A DNA stretch of 63,312 nt, counting the filler, from Neolecta irregularis DAH-3 (taxonomy: Eukaryota): assembly GCA_001929475.1 (NCBI GenBank). It is 5 parts of 5 records of this genome, joined end to end, with 100 filler letters (N's around TTAATTAATTAA, not from the genome) between each part and the next. Parts side by side here need not be neighbours in the genome. Positions count along the whole stretch, not along the records: positions 1 to 15,025 come from LXFE01004132.1; 4 more parts are not named here. One strand, 5' to 3'. A program made the translations under genes and the position numbers. How positions within the stretch are numbered: the first letter of the stretch is position 1; every line of letters starts with the position of its first letter. The notes under the pieces are model-generated. The model did not search any database and had not been told where the DNA came from. It saw only the letters and a program-made list of their open reading frames with translations. Shown piece by piece: positions 1 through 13,523 of this stretch.

Positions 1-1158
1 TGGACATCGGAGCAGCATTTGCTGCGAGCATCCTTCCCCAGAATGCAAGTGATCTTTGACCAGTCCTGCCAGACGTTGAGAAAAGCGTTCATCGTCGTTG
101 AAACTTTCCACCCTTTTATAACCACTTAACCCAAGCTCCTTCACCTCTTCGCCGTATTCCAAATCTAATTCAAAGAGTGTTTCAATGTGATCGCTTGTGA
201 AGGCGATGGGAACCACTAAGACATTCTTCTTGCCCGATTTCGCCAAGCCTCGAAGCATATCGATCGTTTGAGGCTCCATCCAAGAGGCAGGCCCTACTTT
301 GGACTGCCATGTCAACCGATACGGATTTTTGGTGCCAAGATCTTGCATAATAGATGATACGCTAGATGCCACCTCCATGACGTAGGTGTCCCCTTTCCGA
401 ACTTGTGACATGGGTAGCGAGTGTGCGGAGAAAAGAATGATGACTGGTTCTGGATCAGCGTACGTTTTCAATGAGTCTCGGATATGTTCGGCAAATGTCT
501 GTTCATGAATATTGTCGAAATGTGGAGAGCATACTTTCACAAGGCTCGGATGGTTGAACCATCTGTCAATTACACTCCATTTTATCCGTCCGTGTGGATC
601 AAGCTTCTTCGACCAATGATAAATATCATTTAAATTACTCCCAGTCGTAGAACATGTATATTGTGGGTACATCGTGACAGCAACAGCCCGTTCCACGCCG
701 TCTCGTAGCATCTGCTCCATAGTCTCGTTCGTAAGTGGACTTGCATATCTAAACATGATATAAGGCACATGAGGACCAGTTTCCGGTGTAGTCTTATCTA
801 GATACTTGCATATTGACTGAGCTTGGACTGTGGACCAATGTCGTATTGGGGAACCCCCGCCGATGGCAGAGTATGATGCTTGTATTTTGGGTGTTCGTCT
901 TCTGGCTATCCACTTTCCGATGGTTGATTGGAATGGGCCCAGTGGAATGATATCAGGGTCTAACAATCAGTATTCCCAGATCTTCAGAACTACCAGTGAA
1001 CAAACGAGTTAGGAAAGGTTGAACTTCACACAGGGTAGTAGGGCCGCCCATATTCATGAAACATATGGCCGAATTGTGAGAATATGCCAAGCTACGAATC
1101 TTACTGTAGGATTCTTCGACGCGGACGCGGTGACTGTAGCCATCGTTCTATGAAGCAT
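1..1158 (-). CDS. HEM15: Ferrochelatase (3' end runs off the window)
   Basis: Spliced translation MLHRTMATVTASASKNPT/AICFMNMGGP...FLTRLFT/DPDIIPLG...IGGGSPI...AHSLP...WQSKVGP...FTSDHIETLFELD, all ferrochelatase motifs; 3 introns visible. Confidence 0.95.
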
Positions 1159-1251
1159 TGTGGTGGAGATAGAAATGATGAGGCAATTTTAAATTTCTGA
1201 TCAAAAATAAAATCCTTCAGACAATCTCATTGATATCCACCACGTCAAGAA

Positions 1252-1784
1252 ATGTCTTTCGTAACACCACTAAAAATGATGGGTACTTTATGCCTTGGAG
1301 CTGTTTGCGTAATTTCTGCCGTTATTTTTCAATGTTCTCAAAGTTCAAGGGCTCGCTGATGACTGTTTCCCTCGCTTGTGTTCCGCTTCTTCTCTCATCC
1401 CAGTCTGACGGCGATGCTGCATCATCCTTCAAATTGCTCAAATTGAACTTGAAATCGTATCTGTATCCACTAGAGATTGTATCTATTACATCTCTGCTTG
1501 GCGCATTTGCCGCATCTTCGAGATCTCAAAGGCATCCGTATCTTATCTACTCGGCCATTGCTGGCTCCCTGATCTTTCCATATACTCGCTTTATCATGCC
1601 TTGTGTGCAACTTGAAGATCTCAACGCTGAAACTATCCAAAAAAGCCTTTCTAGATGGGGAACACTCAATTGGGGACGGTGCGCTTGAAATCCAATTTCG
1701 TCATATAAGCTAATCAGGTTCAGGGTTGCATTTGCAGGGATAGCATTTGGAATCGCTACCTTTGGTGGGTATGGAGACTTCTAG
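1252..1784 (+). CDS. Atg33/Scm4-like mitochondrial outer membrane protein
   Basis: 3 exons: MSFVTPLKMMGTLCLG...RHPYLIYS...GIATFGGYGDF*; RHPYL motif and C-terminal GxxGD are typical of the family. Confidence 0.7.
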
Positions 1785-1900
1785 TAAAACAACTTAAAAT
1801 ATATACCGTGTTTGAATATTCTTCTTTGAGCTGCAGACACCATGGGAACCCCAACTACACCTCTTCTGATCGGGAGTATGGAACCACCAGCACAGTATTA

Positions 1901-2786
1901 ATGAAGTATTACACAAATACGAGACAATACGCTGACCTGGAGTACGATTAAAGAAATATCGAGAATAAATCAGAGGCAGCTCGATTTACCCGATGGAGCG
2001 TATGTCTTTTTGCGTTGTGGCACCACCATTAATTCTACAGTTCTTGGCATGATCAATACAAGGACAGCGCTTATATTTACATTGGGGGATTGCCTTATGA
2101 TTTAACAGAAGGGGACGTCGTCTGCATATTCTCTCAGTATGGTATGCTTGTCTGCTCACCTGCTCATTTTCTAAGATACGGAGAGCCTCTTGATATCAAT
2201 CTCATTCGGGACAAGAATACTGGCAAAAGCAAAGGGTTTGCATTTCTCAAATACGAAGATCAGCGTTCGACAGTTCTTGCTGTCGATAACTTGAGTGGAA
2301 CTACAGTATGTCACTTGGTATCTACACTTGGCCTGACAAAAGGTCCTTGGGCGAACTTTGCGGGTGGACCATGTTTCTGAGTATCATCAACCTAAGAGGG
2401 AAGGAGAAAGCACCGATTTAGAAGATCCTAGAGCCGCTATGAATGTAGCACCAGAGGCTATGCTATCGAAGACGGATGTCGCCATCAGCAAGACTGATGA
2501 ACTTGATGAAGACGTCCTCGCTGAGGGACTGGATCCTGAGGATCCAATGCGAGGATACCTGATTGAGAAACGGCGCAAGGAACTTCGTTCTGAGAAAAGG
2601 GCTCGTAAAAAATGCGAGCGTATGTCTCGCAGTGAAAAACATGGCGATGAGTCTCGCGGTGAAAAACATGGCGATGAGTCTCGCAGTGAAAAACATGGCG
2701 ATGATAAACCAGAGCGGAAACGTAGTAAACGAGACAGTCGCAGCAGGAGCCCGCATCATCGTTCTCGTTCGCCTAGGAAAGTATGA
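1901..2786 (+). CDS. IST3: RES complex / U2 snRNP RRM protein Ist3/Snu17/RBMX2
   Basis: [25 protein letters not shown]...[23 protein letters not shown]...[10 protein letters not shown]-rich tail; 4 introns; first coding exon is only ATGAA. Confidence 0.95.
2625..2705 (+). repeat. 27-bp coding tandem repeat x3 (SRSEKHGDE) in IST3
   Basis: tctcgc(a/g)gtgaaaaacatggcgatga repeated three times. Confidence 0.9.
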
Positions 2787-3028
2787 CTAGGATGGTGTAC
2801 CAGGGTATCAGTCGAACGGAATATAACCCATGTAAAGCATTAACTAGAAATGTCTTGCTCCATAATTGTCCTCGTGAATTCGCCACACGTGTATTGTTCT
2901 GTGATACCTAACATGAACCGCGTTCGTCAGCTTAAATATCCAGTGGTCTCTCGTCCCGACAAATTCAACTTCCGCCCTCTCCTTTTCTTTCCTTCCCTAA
3001 ATCGCATAAGATTATCCCGCGGTCCACG

Positions 3029-4310
3029 ATGTCGTCTACTATGGTTGTTTGCCATCACTAGAGCACCATTGACGATTACAGAGTCGCAGAAAGAAAGCCA
3101 AGAAGACTGGCATTCAGTTTACGCTGATGATTACTGGTTGTTCGGGGACTGGAAAAACCACCTTTGTCAATACTCTTTGCGGCCGCCAAGTCCAGCCACA
3201 TCAAGAATGCGATGATCCTAAGAATGCTCATATCGAGGAGCAAATCAAGATCAAGCCTGTCACTGTGGGTATGAACAACCCTTGACCCTATTTTGACTGA
3301 AATCCTTAGAATTGGACGAAGAAGGTGTCCGAATTAGTTTGACAATTGTCGATACCCCAGGTTTCGGGGACAACGTCAACAGTGAGGCAAAGTGATTTGC
3401 AGTTTCCGGCTTTAATTGATGGTTAGTTTTGCCGCAATCGCTGGCTACCTTGAAAATCAATACGACGACATTCTTGCCGAAGAGTCGCGAATCAAGCGAA
3501 ATGCTCGGTTCAAAGACCATCGAGTACACGCTCTCTTGTACTTTGTCGTTTGCACAGGCCATGGGTATAATTAATTGCTTGTGCATAGCTGATTTTGAAG
3601 ATTGCGAGAACTTGACATTGAGCTCATGAGGCGACTTTCTCCACGAGTCAATGTTATTCCAGTTCTAGCAAAAGGAGACAGTCTTACCCCTGCTGAACTT
3701 GCAGAATGCAAAAGACTTATCATGGAAGACATTGATTATTATCAAATCGCGATCTACAACTTTCCATATGATGTTGAAGAGGATGATGAAGATACGATTG
3801 AAGAAAACGCTGAACTTCGAAGCCTTATGCCTTTTGCAATTGTTGGCAGCGAAGACATAATCGAGGTTGATGGTCGCCGAGTTCGAGCCAGAGTTTATCC
3901 TTGGGGTATTGTAGAGGGTACGGGAATGGTTCACATCGCAACGCTGATCTTTAGTCGAAAATCCTCGTCATTCCGATTTCTTGGCTCTTCGGTCGGCTCT
4001 TCTGCACTCTCATATTGCCGATCTAAAGGAAATTACTCATGATTTCCTGTACGAGAATTACCGTACAGAAAAGCTTTCCAAGGCTGTTGACACGGTTGAT
4101 GGATCGGAGACTGTTAATCCCGAAGAACTTGCTACTCAATCTGTTCGTCTCAAGGAAGAACAACTTCGACGCGAAGAGGAAAAGTTGAAGGAGATTGAAC
4201 TTAAAGTACAACGTGAAATTACTGAAAAACGACAAGAGCTCTTAGCTCGAGAAGAAAAGCTAAAGGAAATTGAAGCTCGAATTCAGCGTGAGCAATCACA
4301 TGATATCTAA
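3029..4310 (+). CDS. CDC11: Septin, Cdc11/Spn3/AspA group
   Basis: RRKKAKKTGIQFTLMITGCSGTGKTTFVNTLCG (P-loop), IVDTPGFGD, AKGD, RVYPWG, LYENYRTEKL, C-terminal coiled coil; 5 introns. Confidence 0.92.
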
Positions 4311-4521
4311 GTCATTTGATTCTGATTTCGATGGAGTGAGGAGTTTGTTGGACAAGAGGAGAGATTGGGAAGTCTTCCTTGCGTCATACTTCCATTCGGT
4401 GATAATTAATTGCAATTTCTATTATAGTGGGAGAAGATAAAGCTAGAGCCCAGAATACATTATGCGTGCAAGAATGCGCTGTCGTACTGGAGATCTGTGG
4501 TCTTCGCTGACAACCGAGATT

Positions 4522-5758
4522 TTAACTACCTGACTCATTTGTCCAGAGACCAAAAGGTCCGGGACAGCTTTTCCACAGTCTGATTGTTCCGTCCTCACTT
4601 GAAGTTGCATAAAGATTTCCATCCGGACTGAAACTTACACAATGCACGGCTCCATGGTGACCCTTGTAAATTTCTCAAGGTCAATGACTGCTTGTAGATC
4701 CAGACATACCTAATTCTTCTCCTGAAGGATAATCATACACTCTAACCCAGAGATCGCTGGCACCACCCGTAACAAATTTTGTATGAGAGGGATGGATGGA
4801 GATGCTGGAGACATCATATTCGACATTGATTTGCTTCTCGAGAGTGAAGCTATGTGTCAATTAGGAAGTAGGAGAAGGCGTACACGTCAGAGGATAAGAA
4901 ATAGACAGATTTTCCCGCAGTAACAGTTACACACTTTCCGTCTGCGCTTTGTTCCATCGATGTAATCATAACATTGGCGACAAATTCGTTGACGATGGTA
5001 TTGCTTCGAAGGTCGAACCAGCGAATCTTCTTGTCATCACCAGCCGATAGGATTAGATTTTCAGAGCGCCGATCCCACACGACAGATTTTATGACTCCTT
5101 CATGAGTCTGTAACTGACGGGGTGTACTTGTCTCTAGATCAAAGAGTCGAACTTTCTTTTCATGGCCGCCGGTGATTGCCTGGCAGGCATCTGGGGAAAA
5201 ATCCACACTTCTAACAATGTGCTCGTGAGGGAGAGATGTTTGCTCAGAACCAGTGTAAGTGTTCCAGACTTTACTGTTGGATCAGACAAATCGGGTTCTC
5301 GGTGATACGCGGTGAAATCAGCACTGCCGGTGATTGCTTTTCCCGCGTCTGTAGAAAGACGAGCGGACCATACTGCGCCTTTGTGTCCTAGGAAGGTGCC
5401 AATCCAGTCACCAGTTATTCCATTTCTAAGCATGGGATTGCCGTCTAAAAGTAAGAAGGAGGAACGGGCGACCCAAGACCCTTTGAGGCGGATATGAGAT
5501 AATACTCATCATCGACAATGGGGGAGAAATGGATGTACGTGACTGGGCGTTGGTGGCCTTTTCGAGTCAGTATTTAATTGGAAGCGGCTAATGCACCCGA
5601 ACATGTCTATTTGGGATCAGTTCACGGAAGCAAGGACATGCAGAACAGACCAAGGGCACGACCCTCGAAGATGCGGCCTGCTGCGGTTGTAATGGACGTG
5701 CCTGTTGCTGCTGATGCTGGAGATTTGGGTTCTGTTGTTGCGATGAATGCAAAAGCAT
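4522..5758 (-). CDS. STRAP/Unrip-like WD40 protein
   Basis: VVPL/TCS/GHQRPV...[26 protein letters not shown]...[10 protein letters not shown]; includes a 10-nt microexon at 5597-5606. Confidence 0.92.
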
Positions 5759-5872
5759 TGCAGGCGGTGCAGCAGCAATAGCAGAGAGAGTAGAGCAGCA
5801 GAGGCGTCTGGTGGTGAGAAATGACGCAACAACACTTTCTCACCACCAATTTTTTGGTTCCAGTCATCAGTA

Positions 5873-8521
5873 ATGACAAGGACACAAGGCATAGAAGACA
5901 CAGAAATACCGTCCTTTGAGCTTGCACGCGAATTGCGCGGCCATTCGCAGGATGTATGCGGCTCTGCTTCATATTTTATTGCTGGAACTCAACTGCCAGG
6001 TCAAGGCTGTTGCAGCTCCCACACCCGCCCTGCTGCTTTCTGCCTCCCGCGACGGTTCTATTCGCCAGTGGTCACTTGACAGTAATGGCGATACAGATAC
6101 AGATGGTGATGAGGCAGAGGTGTATTCTTCTAGCACCGCCTCCTTTGTCAATTGCATCGCCTGCATTTTGCCCTCATCCGACTTTCCTGGCGGTCTTGTT
6201 GTTGCAGGAGGCACAGACTGTGCTGTGAGCGTCTTTGCGCCTGGATCACACGAACCAATATATGTACTTGTCGGCCATTCACACAACGTCTGCAGTCTCG
6301 ACGTCGATACTGCTGGTGCAATTGTGTCTGGTTCCTGGGACAAGCACGTCTCGCTTAGAGTACTGCTGATCCTCCAGAACCGCCCGCATCTGGATCAATT
6401 GGCAATCTCATGCTATTCTGCAAGGACACACCCAGGCCGTATGGGCCGTCCTCATTTGGAACGACAGCAGCACAATCCTGACTGGTCCGCTCTCCTCCAT
6501 CTCATATCGTCTCACCCTCAGGCTCTGCGGACAAAACAATTCGTATGTGGAGCAATGCAGCCACAATCAAAACGTACGAGGGCCACACAGATTGCGTCAG
6601 AGCACTCTGTAAACTGGCGGACGACCGATTCGCAAGCTGTGGGAATGACAGGTAAAGCCGCTCACACTGCAAGATCTAAGCCTAGCGCTATTCGCATTTG
6701 GCATATTGATGGTTCTCAGCTCCGTCAACTGTACGGCCACACTTCATTCATTTACTCTCTTGCCCTTCTTCCCTCTGGCGAAATCGTTAGCAGTGGAGAA
6801 GACAGATCAGTACGCATATGGCGGAACCATGAGCTCATCCAAACTATAACAATCCCCGCAGTCAGTGTCTGGAGCGTTGCATGTTCGCCTTTGGGCGATA
6901 TAGTCTGTGGCGCCAGTGATGGGGTTGTGCGTGTCTTCACCCGTGATAGCACAAGGCGCGCCCCCATCCAGGTTCTGAAAGTATGAATCGCCCTTTCTAA
7001 ATTAATATTCTAGGCTTTCGAGGATACTGTCGCAGCCCAGGCCATTCCATCGTTTGGCTCATTTATAATCTCCTCTGACAACAAGCACGCAAGTGGGGGA
7101 TATCAACAAGGAGAACCTTCCAGGCTTGGAAGCACTTCAAAATCCTGGTATCTTCATAAAACCAATCTGAAGCCAATTCGATAGGCAATAAAGAAGCCCA
7201 AGTTATCATGATACGCAATGGCGAAACCGTGGAAGCATATCAGTGGACTGCTGGAAGCTGGCAAAAGATCGGAGAAGTTGTCGATGCCGTGGGATCAGGA
7301 CGAAAACAGATCTATGACGGCAAAGAATACGATTATGTTTTTGACGTGGATATACAGGAAGGTGCACCGCCCTTGAAACTTCCTTACAACGCCAACGAAA
7401 ATCCCTGGTCTGCCGCTAACCGTTTTCTCGAACAAAATGACCTTGACATGGGATTTCTTGAGCAAGTTGCAGATTTTGTCGTAAAGAATACAAAGGGTGT
7501 GAATCTGGGCGTCGCTGAAGATTTTAATAGTCAATACGGTCGTCACAAGCCATTTTTTCGCTTATCATACAGGTAGCCGATATAAACCTGGTCAAAAGGA
7601 TGAGGATCGACCGTCCGTTTTTCCGCAAAGGACCTATCTCTCTTTTAAACAAATCAACCTGGAGGGAATCAAGAAGAAAGTCCGAGATCTGAACAATACT
7701 GTATGCTAGAGCACTGGCGTTGCATTTAATGATCCAGGTTGGCACCGCATCACTTACATCAAAGGAACTGGAGCATCTCGACTCTATCTGTATTCTGCTT
7801 GAAAATTCGCAAGAAATTGACGATACTGGCATACAAGTCATTTTGAAAATTGCAACCTCGTGGCCGATTGCTTCACGCTTCCCTGGATTGGACCTCTTGA
7901 GAATTGTGGTCTTGTATCAGACCTCTATAGATTTATTAGGGATTATCCTTAGGCCAGACCTATATCACAAAGACCAAGGAGATACGAATCTGATGCTCGG
8001 GCTCCGCTCTTTAGTAAATTTCTTTAGTTCCAAGGATGGAAGAAATCTACTCGTTGATAGGATAGAAATGGTAATCCCTACTGCCAAACATTGATACTCA
8101 TGACCAGCTTTTGTCTCTAGTTTCTCTAGTTTCCTCACAAAACAAAAATGTGCGCCTAGCGCGGGCCACATCATATTTGAAGTAGGCTTCGTTGCGTTCC
8201 TCCTTCGTTTGACAAATAGTCTAGTGACTCTTATTCACGAATCCTCGAAGGAATATTTGCGGGAACAGATCGTGGATGTCGTTGAGAAGGTGCTCTTAAG
8301 TATGGGATGCTTATCTAATTTTTATATAGGCCAGTCGTTCGGAGAGTGACCCTGAGACTGTGTACCGCTTGCTTATAGCTCTTGGTACCGCTTTGTCGGT
8401 GCCTAAGCCAACTCGAGAAATGAAGCAGACCGCATTAAAGCTCGTTTTGCAATATCAGACATTATCGATGGAGAAAAGAATTACGAATGCGATTGAAGAT
8501 ATTCGTTTACTCATTGCATAA
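5873..8521 (+). CDS. DOA1: Doa1/Ufd3/Lub1 (PLAA): WD40 + PFU + PUL domains
   Basis: WD repeats, PFU motif YDYVFDVDIQEGAPPLKLPYN, PUL motif WP...RFPGLDLLR; about 12 introns, one with a GC donor (6344-6377). Confidence 0.95.
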
Positions 8522-8552
8522 TGTAGACAAGATAGAAAAGTTTAAATATTAT

Positions 8553-9169
8553 TCAAAAGTCTTGAACGCCGGTCTGACATTTGAGATTGTCCTCAAGATG
8601 GGCATCGCCTGGCGGGTCTTCTTGGAAATACGTTTCCTCTAAATCTCGCGTGATGAGATCATTATCGTCGTATTCAGAGTTATAGTCTACTTCATCATAG
8701 TCGAAGTCGCTCTAAAATATCAACAAAACACATGATACCCACTTTTACATCTAGGCCCATCACAAACAGATCCTTGAGCAGATCACCAAGTTCCGCGACA
8801 TTCTCGGGAGCAAATATATTCTCGGCATCATTCGCAAGAGATTCACTCCGCAAACTATTGTACTCTTTCTCATCCAGTTCCTAGTATTCGTAAGCCCAGC
8901 AGGCTTTTGAGCCGTACAGCCAAGATCCTGGAAGAAAATGCATGAGTATCATCCGATTCTTTGCCACGTTGCTCAGCGGCGATTTCATTTCTCACATTCT
9001 TGTTTAATAGCTGAGGATCCAACACAGAGCTATATTTTCCCTCAAGGTATTCCTTTTCAAATTTCTGCAAGTAAACAAAGCGCCGATTTGAAATCAGCAC
9101 ATGCCTCCTTTTGTTCGCAGGGACGCTTTTTAATGGCATTGGAAGATTAGATTTCATATGCGAAGACAT
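8553..9169 (-). CDS. CCDC97-like protein
   Basis: ISNRRFVYL...DPQL...FVMGLD/SDFDYDEVDYNSEYDD...RDLEETYF...TGVQDF*; 2 introns. Confidence 0.8.
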
Positions 9170-9852
9170 TTATTGTAATAATCAATTGTAGAGGGGTCCC
9201 AAAAACCAAATAATCAGCAAAAACCATGCTCCATATGTATTTGCTTAAATCTAGTAATAATATAATATATAGGCTTTTGTATACTACTTTTAATTACAAG
9301 TGTTATTGCGACCCTTCTTAGAATATACCACAATATCCAAGTCCTCAGACCCATTTTCCAGTTCTTTATAAATGTAAGTTACACAGGCTGAAATTTGGGG
9401 AGTTTTAGGTTAATTTTTAATTACTTTGCATCTCTTGCGAGTTTGAAAATATCAAGCCGAGCTCAAGACTCACTGTAGCCAGGAACCTCCAATTGTTTTA
9501 TTGTTTTTTATGAGCCTTTGGCTTGTAGAAAGTTAAGCTCTCTTCTGGGACTAGTGAATGGCTATCTGAGTTCGATTTAGAGCCATCCCTACAAGCCTCT
9601 TTCACCAGGGCTTTGTTTGCCCATCTCTCTACCAATATCCAGGATTGCTCTTCCAGGGTATCTTCATTACAGTTATAGAGCGTTGGAACCCGATAGTAGA
9701 ACAATATATTTTTGCATGAGAAGAAAAATAAATAACAATAAAGGGACGAGAATAAACAGTGGTAAAATGAGCCACTGTATAGATCAAAGATCAAAGAACA
9801 TACATTGTGCTGAAACAGAGAAAAGAAATGAAAGCAAAAAACCGAAGACAGT

Positions 9853-11756
9853 TTAAATACTCCCTTCATCACTACTAAGCTCCAACATCTCAAAATCGTC
9901 AACATCAGGACCACTGATATCGGAAAGAGTGTCAGATTCGGGGGCCGCAGCATTATCAGCTTTGGCAATAACGTCAACTAAAAGACCTTGTGGTTCAACA
10001 TGATGCTGATCAAGTTGCTCAACAGTCGGAAAAATAAGCTGTGACTCGGAAAGAGCTCCTAATTCGTTCGGATTTTGCGATACAGAAAGTGGTCTATCTA
10101 ATCAGAACTTGGAAACAATGTCGACTTACTGTATACTTTCCTTCTGCTCAGTTTGAGTGGCGGCAGTGAGTATAGTCAGCCCTTCAGTCTTTGAAATCGG
10201 TATTTCTGCTTTAAGTGAGAAGACGCCATGTTTTGGGCTGTTTGGCAGAACAACCATCGGACACAGGTGGATGCCCTTATCCTCGCATTTCTGACACTAT
10301 TCTGTCAGAAATATACCTCTTGGTAGGATTACAAGATCGAAATCGTCACATTTCAAACAATGGTAACGAGTTCCGATGATCGGACTAAATTTGTCAACAA
10401 TCTTGTTCAAAGTAAAATATACTCTTGAAGGCAATTATCACATCCAAAGCCGTCATGTTCCCCATCGTCATCATAACTTTTAATCGCTTCAAAATTAGGT
10501 CGAGGAAATGATGGACAACGAGGACTTCTGTATTTGACAAAAGTATGATGTGGTCCATGGATAGACCCTTGAGAATCGAAGCAGTTTTCGCACTAACTAT
10601 CAGTGGCGATTATTCAAAGGCGGATTGATACAAGATCAAAGTCGTGACAGGTGGCGCACAAGTAGCGGATACCTTTAATCGCTAAAATATAAGCAAACAT
10701 ATATATTTTAGCAAAACAAACCGCCTGAGCAATTATCACATCGAACAAAAGGGTGCAAAACTGGTGAATTCGCAACATGGCTAGGTTCGTTGAAAGCAGT
10801 GACTATTAAATTTGCGAGAGGGGTTTTAATCTTTATGAGTGGATGTTCATCTGGATGAGTTCCAAGCGCTTCGCAAGCTGAACAAAGATCCAAATCAGGA
10901 CATATAGAACATTTGTATCGAATGCCCTGAATAGGGGTATTTTTTTCGACACAATTTGGACCATCGCAGAGTACATGATGATGCGATACCTGTTCTCTAA
11001 TGGTAGACGGGGATTCTTGTTGCTCCTTTGTAGTCAATCCATCAATTTTGGCTGCAAGAGCAGAGACGGCCAGAGTCAAAATATCTGTTCGCTCGTTCAG
11101 CCTTTTTGGTTCAAACTGATTTAATTTCAAATCGATCTTCTTGATATCGGAAGCCAGCGAGGAGATTTTTTCAGAAATACCTGCAACATCCTGCATATTT
11201 GACTGGGCAACCACAGAAACATCAGGTGGTCTAGCCATCGCAGGACCAGCTTTTGCCATGGCACCTGCTTGGCTCGCCGTAGAAGATAAAGGCGCAGCAT
11301 GAGTAACCCCGGAAGCATCGACATAAAAGCGAGCCTCTAGGGGCCGCGCGGTAACGTTTACCTTTTTAAGCTGAAACTTGAACTTTGGTTTCTCGTTCTT
11401 CAAAATAGTGCGTCTTGTTATATCTTTCAAGTTCTTGATACTTCAGAGTAAGCCAAAAGGATGACGACAGCTGACCCAGACCCTTTTGGAGATATCGCTT
11501 TATAGTGATTCGCACGCTCTGCTCTTGTAGACTCTCGATATAACGTATACTGTCCATCATTCGGAATCCCCAAAGCCGTCATGACCTGTTTTTATCAACT
11601 CGTCGAGGGGGAAAACGGGGAAGGTACCTTGGCAATCAACGACGCCACATCCTGCGTGTTATCAAAACACGTCTTGTCAACTATTATCCTGCGAAACTTG
11701 AGGGGTTCAGTCTCAATCTTGAGCTCGACTTTAGCAGAAACAGCAGAAGCAGACAT
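9853..11756 (-). CDS. NBR1-like multi-ZZ zinc finger protein (autophagy receptor candidate)
   Basis: Three ZZ domains (CDGPNC...RYKCSICPDLDLC; CDNC...RYLCATCHDFDLC; CDNC...RYHCLKCDDFDLC), SQLIFPTV motif, C-terminal DDFEML. Confidence 0.75.
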
Positions 11757-11894
11757 ATGGGACTGGTGGCAGATGGGGTGGTGAAAGCGGTAGATAAGAC
11801 GCCGATCACGTCACCTGGTCTCATCTCCTATCTAACGAAACCTGAGGGAAGATAAGAAAGGAATTTAATACATATACACAGATATATGCAAAAA

Positions 11895-13300
11895 CTATGA
11901 TTTTTTATCTCCTGCGCCACCTGCTGTGATCGGGGGAGTGACAGTTTGAACGGCTGCTGGCGGATAATACACCGGAGTAGACTGCGGGCTGTAATAATAT
12001 GCTCCAGCGTTCTCAGTCGATTGACCTGCGTACCAATAATCACCGCCGTAATACATCGAATTCTCCATCATATCAGGTCCGCTCATCATTGGTGAATATC
12101 CCATATATGGCGAGACGGGTGAGTACGAGAATGACGGAACTTGGTTGTTGGTGTCGTAGACGTACGGGGGTGGTAGTGCATATGTATTCGGGTGAAAGGG
12201 CGCAGCATACACAGCTAAAGATTAGTAATAAAGAAGAAGAATAGCGTACCGGATCCCGGCAAGTGGCCCCAAGTCTTTTGTTTATGAAGAAAAGGTGGCG
12301 TAGCTGCACTGAGGACAGCCGGCGGAGCAACGCTAGGGTGATTTGCACCAAATTGAGCTATTTGAACGTTTCTCGTAGGACGAGGTTGATGAACTTGGAT
12401 TTGGCCGGCAGGGTTAGTCGCACTCACATCTGGACTTGATGGTTTCTTATAATGATGATGATGGTGATGGTTCGGGCGGGCATCGTCTTTGCGAGTAAAT
12501 TGATTTGGCTCATAAGAATTTTCAGAGGCAGGATAAACTTTCTTTATTGGTTGACCCGGTAGACAAATTTGTACGGGTAAATCTGCTCGAAGAGGTTTAT
12601 ACCTCGCAGGACGAACGTAATGCCGCCGGACATCGATTACAAGTGATTCAATTACCGTCACATTTGGAAGGTTTATCTGGGCGCAAACTGTATTATTTGC
12701 GGTTTTTGGTTTTGAAGGTGGCTAGAATCAGAAGAGAATTTATTGAAAATACCCTTGATGTAGGTTTCTGCCGGGTTTCCAGTGGATCGAACGCATCGTG
12801 CTTCCATCGTTCGTCAGAGGGATCCCTTTTATTAGCCAGGAAAATAAGATGAAGAAATACTTTGTTTGTTTACCACGTTTTCCACGGCCTTTAGTTGTTT
12901 CTCGAACGGGTTTCCGATTACGAGAGTCATGCATGAAGAAACTTCCAATGTACGGGACAAAAGTAGGATCACGAGCAGCTCGAGAAGTGTACTCTTGCCG
13001 ATTTTTCTTTAAAACATTTTCTTCGGAAAGGAGAGATAAATCTTCAAAATGTATATTTTCGACAGGAGTTGTATTTGTCGACATTCCATTCAACATTTCT
13101 TTTGTCTCTCTGCTCGAAGAAAACATTGCCGTTTCTCTAGAGGGGGTTTGTTTTGTTGGATCGGAAGGGATTTCACTCCAGTCCAACTGATTGCTTTCCA
13201 ATCGAGATTTCGGGATAAAATCCACGTTCGAATTTTCAGAGTCGCTTCCAAAGCCTTGTTCATCTTCGGAAGCGCTGTCTTGGAGAGGATGGTCGTCCAT
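11895..13300 (-). CDS. CASC3/Barentsz (Btz domain) exon-junction-complex-like protein
   Basis: DPTFVPYIGSFFMHDSR and ERWKHDAF Btz motifs; Pro/Tyr-rich C terminus; 3 introns. Confidence 0.75.
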
Positions 13301-13523
13301 ATATTAAAGATTCAATAGTGAGGAATAGACCAGGAAATGCAGTGGCAAATTTATGTGAACGAAAACACGTGAAAATCGCAGTTGTGTAGGCTAGTATACG
13401 TGCTCGTCACGTCAGCTATCTACATTCGTTCTGAGTATTCATTGCGTATCGTCTCCTTTGTATCATATGACTTTCCAAACGCATCATATCTTTTCCATAG
13501 GTAATGTCCATTATTCATATCAT

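Noticed and set aside
9498-9977. 159-aa minus-strand ORF and the many antisense or overlapping ORFs in the track
   Set aside because: Non-ATG starts, no motifs, and they shadow real exons or UTRs
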